Below, in pieces: positions 43,652-54,323 of a stretch of DNA of 60,814 nucleotides. The position numbers were made by a program, and so were the translations under genes. Origin of the DNA: a virus (taxonomy: Duplodnaviria; Caudoviricetes); IMG/VR virus record IMGVR_UViG_3300051213_000340, positions 1 through 60,814 of that record, one strand, 5' to 3'. The notes beneath the pieces are model-generated. The model was not told where the DNA came from. It ran no database searches and worked only from the letters and a program-made list of their open reading frames with translations. How positions within the stretch are numbered: the first letter of the stretch is position 1; each line of letters starts with the position of its first letter.

Positions 43652-44596
43652 CTATGAAAGGGGGCTGTTGACGATAGCGCCAGTGGTGGTATTGTAGACT
43701 GGCTGGCCGCTGGCGTTTTTGTAGGGCCAAAACTCTGTTGCGGTTACGGTAAAAGACGGGTCAATTGAGACTGGATTTCCTTCAACATATTCAACTTTAA
43801 TGCCGTAAAGTTTTTGTTCTTTTGATATCTCCCCAATACTATAAGTGACAGTAGATGAAACATATGTAACTGTTGCATATGGCTCCGGTGGGTCACCCAA
43901 TTCTACGGTTTTGGAATCGCCTACATTAGACAAAAAAGTGCCAGTTATTTCGTATCTCGATTTGGAGGGCGACAAATTGGCATAGATAGCTCCTTGATCG
44001 CGGTATATGTAAAGCGCATTTATTCCTAAAATATAGTAGTCAGAAAAGTTGTCCATATCGACAGCTATGTGTACTCTTCCATCCTCTTTAATATCGGGAT
44101 AAAAACCTATACCCGCTTCAACTGAACCATCGTATTGGTAATATTTGTATTGGGGTATAAATAAGTTAGACGGGTCACTTTCACTAAAATAATCTGGATT
44201 ATAGATACTTGGCTCCACAGTATAATCCCCACCGTAACTTAATTTCTTTAGTACGGAGTAAATATATACGGCTTCGTGTAGCTCAAGTGGACCCAAAGAA
44301 TTTGTGCCGTCACCCACTAAAGCCCTAAGCTCGGAACCGCCCGTATATGTTCCGTGCGTTGATGGGTTATAGGCGTTTACCCATTCCGGTATTTCATTAG
44401 GCATGGAGTATTCAGGATATAAATCCGAAAGAGACGTCGCGTCTGAGTTTATCCAGCTAAGTATTGCTGGTCTACCGTCAGAGTCATATCCGCTAGTCCA
44501 TTTTTTTCCCAATATAATTGCTGAATAAAATGGGCTAAAAGAATTTGGCTCATTTGCATAAGACCACAACGGAACTGTAGAAACTCTGCCAAACAT
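43652..44596 (-). CDS. Probable tail-associated protein (314 aa)
   Basis: Tyr/Ser-rich, AT-rich body, GC-richer C-terminal tip. Confidence 0.6.
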   Translation of the reverse strand: MFGRVSTVPLWSYANEPNSFSPFYSAIILGKKWTSGYDSDGRPAILSWINSDATSLSDLYPEYSMPNEIPEWVNAYNPSTHGTYTGGSELRALVGDGTNSLGPLELHEAVYIYSVLKKLSYGGDYTVEPSIYNPDYFSESDPSNLFIPQYKYYQYDGSVEAGIGFYPDIKEDGRVHIAVDMDNFSDYYILGINALYIYRDQGAIYANLSPSKSRYEITGTFLSNVGDSKTVELGDPPEPYATVTYVSSTVTYSIGEISKEQKLYGIKVEYVEGNPVSIDPSFTVTATEFWPYKNASGQPVYNTTTGAIVNSPLS

Positions 44597-44597
44597 A

Positions 44598-45248
44598 CTA
44601 GATTCTGGATTGGTGTGTCGGGGCTACCTGTAGGATGTAAACAGGAGCACCGTTGAAGAAACTTACTGCGGTTCTAAAAGATGTCGTAACGGCTTGCCAC
44701 GCTTTAAGTGCTTTCCCTATTTCTGTTCCCTCTTCGTCGAGAAGTGGTTCTACAGTAATCTTCCCGATTAGGAGACGGAGTTTGGTTTGCTTTCCATCTT
44801 CAAGAAGAACTTCGTTTGTATCGTCAGCGCCAACAGCATTGATCGTAAAGCCGTCGTTGGTTACTTCAAAAGGATTAGAGGTGACTGTTGCTTCGGCGAC
44901 AATAAATTTTTCTTCTGTGATTTCTTTATCTTCATTTAGACCAGTTATATTAAAAGGGCCTCCGTTAATTCCATTGATAATGCTAGACCTTAGAAATACT
45001 TTATATGTTGGTGCTTCTCCACTTTTGACTGTTATCTTAAATGGATGGTTGCCACCGCCGCTGACTATAGAACCAGTTGCAATTGGTGATACGTCAGCAG
45101 ATTCAGTTCTCGGACTGCTAAGATTGGTACTGAAAGATTGTTTTGAGACAATCGTTTGTTGAATTGGATCAAAACTTTTATCGCGTATCCGCTCATAGGA
45201 TCTTAAAGTATCCCGAATAAAGCTATCCATGTTTATGTCTTCAGCCAT
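44598..45248 (-). CDS. Probable tail protein (216 aa)
   Basis: GGG.HPFK motif, beta-rich, in tail block. Confidence 0.6.
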   Translation of the reverse strand: MAEDINMDSFIRDTLRSYERIRDKSFDPIQQTIVSKQSFSTNLSSPRTESADVSPIATGSIVSGGGNHPFKITVKSGEAPTYKVFLRSSIINGINGGPFNITGLNEDKEITEEKFIVAEATVTSNPFEVTNDGFTINAVGADDTNEVLLEDGKQTKLRLLIGKITVEPLLDEEGTEIGKALKAWQAVTTSFRTAVSFFNGAPVYILQVAPTHQSRI

Positions 45249-45258
45249 AATAATTTAT

Positions 45259-47901
45259 TTAAGCGAATTGTGACGCATCAACGACAATAGCGGAACATTT
45301 AACCCAACCCCATTTGAAGGGCTCTGCTTTGGAGCTTATGATGTAATTCCCACTCCTTGGAATATCTGGTGGACTTGTCGCTGGCAAGGAAGGTGGATTA
45401 ACGTTTACTGGACAATTAACATTGTATGATTCAGATGCTGAAGTATCAAAGTCTCCAGTAAGGCGGGCATTGGCAACTGCTGTAACGTTAATGCTAGAAT
45501 ATTGTGTTGCGTTCGTGATTGGTATGGTTCCGTGTATGGTCGGATTAATTGTAGTTACGTCAACCGTTCTATCGATTGAATAAGACCCTTCTTCTGTTAC
45601 AGATCTAGTAGACCCTTCATCGCCGTCTATAGTTTTAACTTTCGATTCGTGTGCAGAAGCCTGTGCTGAAGCTGTTAATCTAGCTCCTTGAGTTACAATC
45701 GTATGTGCTTTTGGTTTGAATACTGGCCATGCTTGTGCGCTGACACCCGCTACAGAATTAAGTCTAGATATTAATGCACCTTCTGAAAATGAATTATTTG
45801 ACGACTTAGCGTAAAAGAAATAGATTGTTGCTTTAATGTCGCTCCCAAAAACATTTTCATATTCAAGTTTTAAAGACGGGATCAATGAATAAGTAAAACT
45901 ACCATTAGAACTCGATCTCGCTTCTATAGAATAACCATTACCAGCTGGAGCAACTCCAGATCCTTCTGAATCCCCTTCGTTTTTTGATTCGTCTTTCGCC
46001 CAAATAATTTCAGCCGACTTCAAAACAGTGGGCATTTGAATATCGGTACGGATCGGCATCGATACAAGATAGCTTTCAAGTGCCTCTTCCGGAACCTCTT
46101 CAGTAATCTTTAGTGAACGGTCTTCGTTCACTACTTGATAAGAAACATTCGCCTCATCAAAAGCGGTCGGAGGATCAACGAATTGCTGTCTTCTTACAAC
46201 TTGAGTATTGAGCGTCGGATCCCATTCAGAGCTTTTGAGTTCAGGCCAGCTGTTTACTTTTACCGTTTCTACAATAAATTTATCGTCTCCGATAGCCGTG
46301 GCTTGTGATTGAGAAATATATAGTCCGGTTTCGATTGTCGGAGTAGTTGTTAACTTTTCACTAACTGTAGCCTTTGTTCCCTCCACATATGCTCTCTCGA
46401 CGTCTGGCAAAGCAACAGTGCCACTTGGCAAATCCCTTTTTGTAATTTGTTCACGGTAGACAAATTCATTAAGCTGTTGCTCGCTGCGTTCAAGCTCTCC
46501 AGTCGAAAGATTCGGCTTTGATGCTTGGCCAACCTTATCCTTTCGTTCTGTAATTGTCTCAACTTCTGCGCGAAATCTTTCTGGAACGGTATCGGATTTC
46601 TGTGTCGAATAAGACTTTGCCTCAAATAATTTTGGGACTTCTGTCTTGCGGACAACGTAAGTACCATCGCCCAACGCATCGCTCTGGATATCTTTAAGAG
46701 CCGTCGGAGATTCAATAGTGTCACCGATTTGGAGCGTGTCAGTAACAGTAGCAACTAGCTTTTCGTTGGTCGTAATCTTTTGAGATATCGACTTCGGCAG
46801 AGTAGTAAGGTCACGCTGTGTGCTCGATTTACGCTTAGTGAATACGGTAAGCTGTTGCTCTGAGGCTGCAAATTCTCCAGCCTCAAGAGTCGGCATCTCA
46901 GCTGTGCCTTCCACAGTTTCCTCCGTACTCTCAGTCGGAACGAGAACACGGAACTTTTCTGGAACTGGATCGGGCTTCTGGATCGAATAGCTTTCAGCAG
47001 CAAATAACTCAGGAACCTCCGTTTTGCGGACAATGTAAGTGCCATCACCCAAAGCCTGACTTTCGATATCAACGGTAGAAGACGGCAGCTCAGTGGTGTC
47101 GCCGGACTGAACAGTCTCAGTGATATCTGCCAATTGCTTAACATTCGTAGTGGCTTTTTGTCCAAGAGACACTGGTAAGGTACTGTGATCTCTAGTGGCC
47201 GTGCGGACCAGTTTGATGTCTGGATTGATCTGGTCTTCTTTGACAGAAAGTTGCGATCCTGTAAGCGTTGGGAGCTCAACAGATCCTTCGACGAGTTCCT
47301 CAGTAACTTGTTCTGGAACAAGGATTTGGAACTTTTCAGGAAGTGGATCTGTCCGTTGTACTGTATACGAGAGTTTATCATCAAGGAAAGCCTTCTCGAT
47401 GTACGTGTGCACTTCGGCAACAAACAGTGCGTTTAGCTCTTGCTCTTGGATCGGCTGCTGTTGGCGGTCGAAGAAGACGTACTCGACGTCGTCGAACTTG
47501 CCTTCCGGCACGTTCATCATCGGAGTGGCGAACTCGATGTCCATCGGCTGGAACTTGTCACGCAACGTGACATAAGAACGCTGGACAACACGGAACTCCC
47601 GACCTCCAGCATTTCCGACTACGTTACGGTAGCCGGAAGAGAAGTTGTAGAGATCCTGATTCTCGCGCTCTGCTGCGTAGAAGAATTCAAAGATGCCATC
47701 GCGTTCGATGTCTACAGGCTTAACAAAGACCAGCTTGTGGTCAGGCCACTTCTTAGGATTAGGATGGGGCGTCCCGTATTCAGGAATCTCGGATCTGGTA
47801 CAGTCACGAACTTCGCTGAACAGAACGTCGCCAATGATCGGCGTCGGATAGACGCGACGGTCCTGCCTGTATGGAGCTTGTGGTAGTTGGGATACTGCCA
47901 T
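45259..47901 (-). CDS. Large structural protein with three ~126-aa internal repeats (880 aa)
   Basis: Repeats start DP.PEKF and contain ALGDGTY.VRKTEVP.LF.A.SYS.QK. Confidence 0.8.
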   Translation of the reverse strand: MAVSQLPQAPYRQDRRVYPTPIIGDVLFSEVRDCTRSEIPEYGTPHPNPKKWPDHKLVFVKPVDIERDGIFEFFYAAERENQDLYNFSSGYRNVVGNAGGREFRVVQRSYVTLRDKFQPMDIEFATPMMNVPEGKFDDVEYVFFDRQQQPIQEQELNALFVAEVHTYIEKAFLDDKLSYTVQRTDPLPEKFQILVPEQVTEELVEGSVELPTLTGSQLSVKEDQINPDIKLVRTATRDHSTLPVSLGQKATTNVKQLADITETVQSGDTTELPSSTVDIESQALGDGTYIVRKTEVPELFAAESYSIQKPDPVPEKFRVLVPTESTEETVEGTAEMPTLEAGEFAASEQQLTVFTKRKSSTQRDLTTLPKSISQKITTNEKLVATVTDTLQIGDTIESPTALKDIQSDALGDGTYVVRKTEVPKLFEAKSYSTQKSDTVPERFRAEVETITERKDKVGQASKPNLSTGELERSEQQLNEFVYREQITKRDLPSGTVALPDVERAYVEGTKATVSEKLTTTPTIETGLYISQSQATAIGDDKFIVETVKVNSWPELKSSEWDPTLNTQVVRRQQFVDPPTAFDEANVSYQVVNEDRSLKITEEVPEEALESYLVSMPIRTDIQMPTVLKSAEIIWAKDESKNEGDSEGSGVAPAGNGYSIEARSSSNGSFTYSLIPSLKLEYENVFGSDIKATIYFFYAKSSNNSFSEGALISRLNSVAGVSAQAWPVFKPKAHTIVTQGARLTASAQASAHESKVKTIDGDEGSTRSVTEEGSYSIDRTVDVTTINPTIHGTIPITNATQYSSINVTAVANARLTGDFDTSASESYNVNCPVNVNPPSLPATSPPDIPRSGNYIISSKAEPFKWGWVKCSAIVVDASQFA

Positions 47902-47905
47902 GATT

Positions 47906-49825
47906 TTAGATGAGTGCTACTGCCGTCACGTTCATGAAATCTATAGTTGCGCTATTTGTTCCATCTATATTCGTAACAAACACTTCAATAAAGTTATTAT
48001 TGTTTAGCTCAACAATACATTGGCAGGATACGGTATATAAAATACCAATACCAGAACCCGTTGCTGAAACAATTGATGAATTTAATATAGATGATCCGTC
48101 TTTATAAATTGCAAATTTATAATCATTCGAATTAGCCCCGTGGAAACTTATCACCGCATTGATTAAAAACTTACGTGTTGTAGATCCCACATACGTTAAT
48201 CTGTTATTAACGGGGTGTGTGAAGTTGGATAAGACATTGGCCGTTGTTGTTCCGGTAACTTTTACAAAAGTTCCAGCTGTGCCTATTGTTGTTGTGACAG
48301 CGTTCGAAATATAATACTCGCCATACGCAGATTGGGTGAATCCCGTACCACCATTCTCCACCGGCAAGGTCCCTCCAACTTGTTGCGTTAGACTGATGAA
48401 GTCATACGTCATGAAGTTACCGTCCCCGTTACTGTATATAAATCCATTGTCACTTGAAATATCCACCCCAAAACCGCCATTGGCAACTGGAAGTATTCCG
48501 GTAACATGTGTTGTAAGGCCGACCTTCCCATAAGATGGAGCAATACCGACGCCACCGGAAAGGAGTACATTTCCTGCCGCAACATCTGCAAGTTTAGCAA
48601 CTGATGTGGTAGTGTTTGCGTAAAGCAAATCTCCGACGGCGTACGAGCTTTGGCCAGTGCCGCCGTTAGTTGCCGAAAGAGTGCCTGTTACTCCAGTCGT
48701 GAGTGGTAGTCCAGTACAGCTTGTCAACGTGCCAGACGATGGAGTACCTAAAGCTGGCGTGGTAAGTGTCGGGCTGGTAAGAGTTTTATTGGTCAGCGTC
48801 TGAGTATCTGTCGTTCCAACGATATCTCCAGTCGGAGCGTCTACCCTTTGAAATTGACTGGTTCCGTTTGACTTAACAATACCAGCAGCCAGTGTTGTCA
48901 CGCCAGTGCCGCCGTATTGAACTGGAATGGCGGAAATGAAAGTAGTGCCACTTCCCATTGTTTTATTGGTCAGCGTCTGCGTGTCTGACGTTCCAACAAT
49001 ATCACCAGTCGGCGCAGTAACTGTTGATATGGTTGTTCCAGATCCTTTTAGAATTCCACCAGTAGCCCCAAATGTAGATAGGCCAGTGCCACCGTATTGA
49101 ACTGGAATGGCAGAGCTGAAAGTAGTACCGCTTCCCATTGTTTTGTTGGTCAGCGTCTGTGTATCCGTTGTTCCGACAATGTCACCAGTTGGAGCGTCCA
49201 CACTTTGAAATTGACTGGTTCCGTTTGATTTAACAATACCAGCAGCAAGAGTAGTCACGCCAGTTCCTCCGGCAGAAACTGGCAAAGTACCAGAAGTTCC
49301 AGAAGAAAGATCAACTGCGCTCCATGACGGAGCGGCAGATCCGTTGGACTTCAGGACATATCCAGATGTTCCAGCAGCCAACATAGTAGTCGCTCCAGAA
49401 CCTGTTTGATATGGGATAGAACCGACAGAACCGCCAGCAATATTTGTGGCGGTAGTTGCTGTGTTCGCATTACCAGTAGTGCTTTGGTTTAGTGTGGGAA
49501 ACTGTGTACCATCTGTGGCAAGCGATGGGGTTCCATTGGCCATTCTTAGAATGCCAGTGCCCAAAGAAGACAACGAAACGCCGTTGATCTTTGTAAGGGT
49601 AAGTTCGCCGTTGTTGTCTGTGACGTCGCCAGTATGAGTTTTATTGGAGATCTTAGCGTTATTAATAACGTGCTGGTCGTAAATGGCCGAACTCATTAGG
49701 CCGCTGGTGCTGGTAGAGGCTACAGGAATTGCGTCACTGCCTCCGGTAAGGTGGGTACTCGCGTGGCTGGACGGTACGCTGACGCCAGCTTCTGAGATAG
49801 TGAGGATGTAGGTATCTGATGGCAT
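47906..49825 (-). CDS. Tail fibre protein (639 aa)
   Basis: T/G/S-rich; repeated LPV..GGTG and [17 protein letters not shown] units; AT-rich C-terminal tip domain. Confidence 0.8.
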   Translation of the reverse strand: MPSDTYILTISEAGVSVPSSHASTHLTGGSDAIPVASTSTSGLMSSAIYDQHVINNAKISNKTHTGDVTDNNGELTLTKINGVSLSSLGTGILRMANGTPSLATDGTQFPTLNQSTTGNANTATTATNIAGGSVGSIPYQTGSGATTMLAAGTSGYVLKSNGSAAPSWSAVDLSSGTSGTLPVSAGGTGVTTLAAGIVKSNGTSQFQSVDAPTGDIVGTTDTQTLTNKTMGSGTTFSSAIPVQYGGTGLSTFGATGGILKGSGTTISTVTAPTGDIVGTSDTQTLTNKTMGSGTTFISAIPVQYGGTGVTTLAAGIVKSNGTSQFQRVDAPTGDIVGTTDTQTLTNKTLTSPTLTTPALGTPSSGTLTSCTGLPLTTGVTGTLSATNGGTGQSSYAVGDLLYANTTTSVAKLADVAAGNVLLSGGVGIAPSYGKVGLTTHVTGILPVANGGFGVDISSDNGFIYSNGDGNFMTYDFISLTQQVGGTLPVENGGTGFTQSAYGEYYISNAVTTTIGTAGTFVKVTGTTTANVLSNFTHPVNNRLTYVGSTTRKFLINAVISFHGANSNDYKFAIYKDGSSILNSSIVSATGSGIGILYTVSCQCIVELNNNNFIEVFVTNIDGTNSATIDFMNVTAVALI

Positions 49826-49829
49826 GATC

Positions 49830-50207
49830 TTAACTGATTGGGTCTACAGGTGCTCCTTTGGTAATGTTGGCCCGCACCGTAACTGAGCCGTAGAGAAGGC
49901 GTTCCATAACTCCGCCGCGCTGCATGAAGATGTCGTACTCGTATTCTGTGGACGGCTTCAATAGCAATGTGTTGGCCTCCGAAAGATTAAAAGCAACCTG
50001 ACCGTTGTCGCCGCCATCGAGAATGTTTGCCGTAAACGATACGATCTCCTTCTTTGTGGCCGTCTCGCGGATGTCCGCGTAGAAACCAAAAGCTGCCGCT
50101 TCCGCTGGATCAAGATCAATAGCTTCGCCCAACTGGTTCTGGATTGTCAGAACGAAGCTGTACTCAGCTGCACGGTCAATGGTGATGTCGTAGTTTGCGG
50201 CGAGCAT
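49830..50207 (-). CDS. Fibre-associated adaptor, Ig-like (paralog of 53948-54283)
   Basis: AA.Y.I.I, F.A.IRE, Y.YD, LLYG.V shared with paralog. Confidence 0.7.
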   Translation of the reverse strand: MLAANYDITIDRAAEYSFVLTIQNQLGEAIDLDPAEAAAFGFYADIRETATKKEIVSFTANILDGGDNGQVAFNLSEANTLLLKPSTEYEYDIFMQRGGVMERLLYGSVTVRANITKGAPVDPIS

Positions 50208-50213
50208 TGGTTC

Positions 50214-50242
50214 AGTCTACAGGATTAAGGGTTGGGTGTCCA
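50214..50242 (-). promoter_or_regulatory. Leaderless-type promoter
   Basis: TGGACA-17-TAGACT-6 nt-ATG; spacer identical to the 52057 promoter. Confidence 0.75.
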
Positions 50243-50353
50243 GTCTTTGTGCAATGCTAGCGTCAAAGACAAGCCACATACTACGCAGTGATTCTGCGCT
50301 AAGGTTGCTCCGTATGAGTTGATCTAATGTCATATCTTTGATGGTAATACAAA

Positions 50354-51772
50354 TTAAAGCGTTGCGATGAGACTGTCGTAAAGATACTGATGTCCAGCGT
50401 TATTAATGTGAACGCCATCACCAGCATCATATGTCGATTTTATGTTAAGAGTTGATGGATCAGCGAGTTCAGAAAATGTATTTACAACTTTAGATCCATA
50501 TGTTGATATAATTGCATCAGCAGTATCTTTTAGTATTTGTTTTCCTGCTGAAGTAGCGTTAGTGCGTGGTTGAGTTGTGAATATACGATAATCAACCCCA
50601 TATAAGGTACATTGATCTATAATAGCATCAAGTACAGACATATAATTGCTTGTTGTCCCGTTTGTTTGGAATATAAAATTGCTAGGAAAATTTATAAGAA
50701 CAATTTTAGCGTTGTTTTGAATTGCATAAGTAACATTACGAAGCGGATCTGGTGTATCTGTCCATCCAGTAGGTATTGTGTAACCTGTTGGGGCTGAATT
50801 TGATATTGCAGAACCACTAATTGCTCTATTGAACGTGGAACCAGTCGTGTAATACGTAGTAAATTTAGAAGCCCATGAGTTTCCAGATGTCGCACCAACA
50901 CCAACAGCAGTACTAGAACCAACAATGAACGCTGAAGTTGGTGTTACTGGAGCGGATAGATTTGCAGCAAGCGAAGCGAAATAAGCGTTCACCCTAGATT
51001 GTAGCGAAGCAATGTTAACAGCCTCACCAATAGAGTAAAAACCTATCGACGATTGTGTTGGTATTTCAAGAGTTGGTCCACTTCTACCAAAGATAAATAA
51101 CTGATTATTATTTGGGGCTTGCGATGTATCAACTCTAGTGGCGATTGATTTATTAACATTTACATAATCGTAACTGGTTGATAGGTTACGGCTACAACAA
51201 AGAAATCCATTTGTGTGATTAGCCGTTAATGATAAAGCGGTTGCATTTCTGTTTCTATATATTCCAGCAGCATTATTTTGACTAATAGTATTTGCTCCGT
51301 TGCCAGTACCTCCAGCACCAATATATGCAGCTGTAACACCAGTTACAATATTTGTCAAATAAACTGAATTATGGTTATTGTTTTGTGGGTCTGCGTCATT
51401 AGTCCTATTTGAATTTAAATATTTTGTTGTACCATTTCCCGTTAAGCCATTTAACCTTGTGTAGTCAGTACCTAATCCAACAAAGTTATTATTCGTTGGG
51501 GCAACCCCCTTCAGCGGGATCAACGCGCCAGAAAGAGTTCTCGGCCCAGCAAGAAAGTTTGATGATTTAATTGCGTCCCAATTACTAACTCCAGCATTTG
51601 GGCTTGCGTCAGACTTACATCCTTTTACAAAATCATTGATTGCCGTTTTAAGCCATGATTCTAGCGGCAAACCATCTGCTGCTTGAACAGCATTGATATA
51701 CGATTTGGCATCGGCATCAAGTGATGCGATACTCGCTCCTTTTACAAGACTGGTTCCTAAACCTAAACGCAT
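50354..51772 (-). CDS. Virion-associated protein with C-terminal SGNH/GDSL esterase domain
   Basis: Blocks VGSST, NRAISG, FPSN, DGVHIN..GH. Confidence 0.8.
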   Translation of the reverse strand: MRLGLGTSLVKGASIASLDADAKSYINAVQAADGLPLESWLKTAINDFVKGCKSDASPNAGVSNWDAIKSSNFLAGPRTLSGALIPLKGVAPTNNNFVGLGTDYTRLNGLTGNGTTKYLNSNRTNDADPQNNNHNSVYLTNIVTGVTAAYIGAGGTGNGANTISQNNAAGIYRNRNATALSLTANHTNGFLCCSRNLSTSYDYVNVNKSIATRVDTSQAPNNNQLFIFGRSGPTLEIPTQSSIGFYSIGEAVNIASLQSRVNAYFASLAANLSAPVTPTSAFIVGSSTAVGVGATSGNSWASKFTTYYTTGSTFNRAISGSAISNSAPTGYTIPTGWTDTPDPLRNVTYAIQNNAKIVLINFPSNFIFQTNGTTSNYMSVLDAIIDQCTLYGVDYRIFTTQPRTNATSAGKQILKDTADAIISTYGSKVVNTFSELADPSTLNIKSTYDAGDGVHINNAGHQYLYDSLIATL

Positions 51773-52050
51773 TAGAGTGCTTTATAGAGGACAACTGGAC
51801 AAGCGATGCGAGCTAAGGAACCGCTTGCAATAGTGAGTGGGGTGTAGAGCGTATAGCCGTCAGGGAACGTAATGCTCGTCTGAGTGCCGCTGAGGAGTGG
51901 TGCTTCGGATGCGGAGAACGAAGTAGTGATCGCGCCACCGCCGCCGACGAAGCTGAGGGCACAGTATTGGCCAGCTGGAATAGCGGTGTTGGCGGCAACG
52001 AATTGGGCTCCGGCTTCTCCGAAGGATTGTTTGTCGATATTGTTGGTCAT
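51772..52050 (-). CDS. Small structural protein (92 aa)
   Basis: Beta-rich, TAATG-coupled to the SGNH gene. Confidence 0.7.
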   Translation of the reverse strand: MTNNIDKQSFGEAGAQFVAANTAIPAGQYCALSFVGGGGAITTSFSASEAPLLSGTQTSITFPDGYTLYTPLTIASGSLARIACPVVLYKAL

Positions 52051-52056
52051 GGGGTT

Positions 52057-52085
52057 AGTCTACAGGATTAAGGGTTGGGGGTCAA
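52057..52085 (-). promoter_or_regulatory. Leaderless-type promoter
   Basis: TTGACC-17-TAGACT-6 nt-ATG. Confidence 0.78.
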
Positions 52086-52087
52086 TG

Positions 52088-52456
52088 TTAAGCGTCGGTT
52101 GGTTCCGGTTCCGGCGCTGGCGGCGCTACGTACTCGAAGGCTGTGCCGTTAAACACAATGTCTGCACGGCCAGCAGTGACTGGTGCACGGTTCGGGAACT
52201 GTGGTAGAGCGAGCAAGTCAAGGGTCGCGTTAATGGCGTTGCCTGTTGCGGTATTGGCTGCGAATGTGGCTAGTGTGGTCGGCACATCGTGATTAAGAAC
52301 AGCGAGCAAACGGTCTGTGGGCAGGGACCAGAAGAGTTCGTTCTCGTTTTTAAGGATGGCTGCAAGATGGTTCGTGGCTTCGGCTGCGCGGAGTACGGAC
52401 TCGTCCTTAGCGGCCAAGTCTTGTTCAAGTTGTGTTTTTGGTGTGAGTAGAGACAT
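52088..52456 (-). CDS. Hypothetical protein downstream of fibre (possible chaperone)
   Basis: Position after fibre; Pro-rich tail. Confidence 0.65.
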   Translation of the reverse strand: MSLLTPKTQLEQDLAAKDESVLRAAEATNHLAAILKNENELFWSLPTDRLLAVLNHDVPTTLATFAANTATGNAINATLDLLALPQFPNRAPVTAGRADIVFNGTAFEYVAPPAPEPEPTDA

Positions 52457-52460
52457 AGTA

Positions 52461-53948
52461 TTAGGCGATTTTTCTGGCGATAATGTAAGACCGCTTTCTA
52501 GTGGTATTCGGGGCTAATGGAGTAGCGACGAACTGACAAAACTCAATAGATATTTCTGTATTGTTTGTAAGAACCTCAATGAGGCCGTTTAAACATCGTC
52601 TATATGTTGTCGCAGTAAGTAAAGTAAAGGACCTCTGACTAAGTGTAGTACTATCACTTGCAAGTGATACAAAAGCTGAACTAGAGTTATCAGACCCGAA
52701 AAAATCTAATAGAGAAGTTCTTATTGGACTACTTGATCTTAACCCAAAAAGATAACCGCCATTACCCGCCCCAGATGCGGTAGCCGAGATAACTGAATCA
52801 ATTTGATACATCCCGATTGGTAGAGTTACGGAAGTAAGTTTAAACGGAACAGCATCAGTAGATTGGTATGTTTCTGTTCTTATTCCAACATAGGTTGCTC
52901 CGTATCGGGCATCACCTAAATCTCTGGTAAGCGCACTTGTGCCGTTTGTAGCCGACTGTCCAGTAAGCTCCATTTGACCGCTAAATGTCTTTGCTCCAGC
53001 AGCTGTCTGCTCTCCAGAAAGCATTACCGCTGTATTATTGGTAGCAATCGTTCCAGCACTAGTCGGAAGGTTGAGCGAAATATCTTGAGTTTGTCCGAGA
53101 GTTGTTGGATTTATCTGCGCGTAATAAGTGTCTCCGTGAAGTCTTATGTGCTTTGCGTTGATTCCTCCGGTAGTATTGCGGAGCGCAATGGTGTCTGCTG
53201 TTGGCGCGGTAACATCAGTTTTTCTACGGCCTTGCATGTTCACCACGATAACACCAGAATTACTCTGCACTCTTGAAACAACACCGACAGATTGCACTTC
53301 ACCAGTTGTCGGTTTGGTTCCGGTCAATGCGCCAACACCGACAAAAAGTTCTTGGTTTAGCGTATAAGCGTTCGTGTTTGCTGCTGGTAGTTCGCCTAGG
53401 ATCACGGCATCGCCTTCGCCATTGTTGGCGAGGTCCTGATCGAGCAAACCGACTGCTGGCATTTTCGCCGGATCGGTGTTGTCCGCAGCAGCGATCTGAA
53501 CGCGATCTGTGTCTCCAACATTGCCGACAATGTAAACCGGAGTCCCGCGAGTCAAAGGCACACCGGATGTGTTCTTGACATGGATGTAAAGATCGCCAGC
53601 AAGTGAGCCGTGGATATGCGGCAGAGTTGCCGTTCCAGTCGCGGAGAGAGTTGTAAACGCTCCGGTGTTCGGTGTTCCAGAACCTATTGGGTCTGGTGCG
53701 GCGAAGTTAATGTGAGAGTTATCGAAGAGGCCATCAACAGCACCCGCAACATTCGTACCATCTCCGTAGATAAAGCCAGTAAGGTTGGTGCTTGTAGAAG
53801 TGGTAATCTCGTTGGGGCCCGCTGGTCCTTCCGGCCCGACTTCTCCTTGGGGTCCGGCGGGTCCTTGTACGCCAGTATTAACAGAAAGCTGTAACTCTGT
53901 GCCTTCGACCACAGACAGCTTGTACTTTGATGTTTCGTTGCTGGCCAT
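52461..53948 (-). CDS. Tail/capsid fibre protein with short collagen-like stretch (495 aa)
   Basis: GVQGPAGPQGEVGPEGPAGP; KN.SG..L..GTPVYI domain; AT-rich C-terminus. Confidence 0.75.
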   Translation of the reverse strand: MASNETSKYKLSVVEGTELQLSVNTGVQGPAGPQGEVGPEGPAGPNEITTSTSTNLTGFIYGDGTNVAGAVDGLFDNSHINFAAPDPIGSGTPNTGAFTTLSATGTATLPHIHGSLAGDLYIHVKNTSGVPLTRGTPVYIVGNVGDTDRVQIAAADNTDPAKMPAVGLLDQDLANNGEGDAVILGELPAANTNAYTLNQELFVGVGALTGTKPTTGEVQSVGVVSRVQSNSGVIVVNMQGRRKTDVTAPTADTIALRNTTGGINAKHIRLHGDTYYAQINPTTLGQTQDISLNLPTSAGTIATNNTAVMLSGEQTAAGAKTFSGQMELTGQSATNGTSALTRDLGDARYGATYVGIRTETYQSTDAVPFKLTSVTLPIGMYQIDSVISATASGAGNGGYLFGLRSSSPIRTSLLDFFGSDNSSSAFVSLASDSTTLSQRSFTLLTATTYRRCLNGLIEVLTNNTEISIEFCQFVATPLAPNTTRKRSYIIARKIA

Positions 53949-54283
53949 TATACGTTGCTAATGTTGCTTACGGCGTTGACTGTGCCGTATAGTAGTTTGG
54001 TTACGAGACCACCTGAAGCGGTCCAAAAGAAGTCCCATTTGTACTGTTTGGAAGGACTAAGAAGTTTTGTCTGGTCATCTGTCAAGGAGAACTTGACAGT
54101 TCCGTCGCCTAAAGAAGTGATAGTAAAGGCAGCTACTAGAGGCTTCTTGTGCTCCTCGCGGATCTCAGCAATGAACGAGGAGTCGGTAAAATCAATAGGG
54201 TCATCGAAGGCGTTAAGGACTCTCAACGTGAAATTGAAGTCCTCTCCGCAAGCGATGGAAAGGTTATACTGAGCCGCTGACAT
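53948..54283 (-). CDS. Fibre-associated adaptor, Ig-like (paralog of 49830-50207)
   Basis: AAQYNLSI..GEDF, FIAEIRE, YKWD, LLYGTV. Confidence 0.7.
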   Translation of the reverse strand: MSAAQYNLSIACGEDFNFTLRVLNAFDDPIDFTDSSFIAEIREEHKKPLVAAFTITSLGDGTVKFSLTDDQTKLLSPSKQYKWDFFWTASGGLVTKLLYGTVNAVSNISNV

Positions 54284-54291
54284 CGTGAGCA

Positions 54292-54320
54292 AATATATCT
54301 ATTTGCCAGCTCTATGTCAA
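54292..54320 (-). promoter_or_regulatory. Near-leaderless promoter
   Basis: TTGACA-17-TATATT-8 nt-ATG. Confidence 0.7.
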
Positions 54321-54323
54321 GGC

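Noticed and set aside
50217-50333. 38-aa minus-strand ORF in the gap after the SGNH gene
   Set aside because: Short, runs through the next promoter, no supporting features
43652-54283. Diversity-generating retroelement acting on fibre tips
   Set aside because: No reverse transcriptase and no adenine-specific TR/VR pair seen; the fibre repeats are ordinary coding repeats
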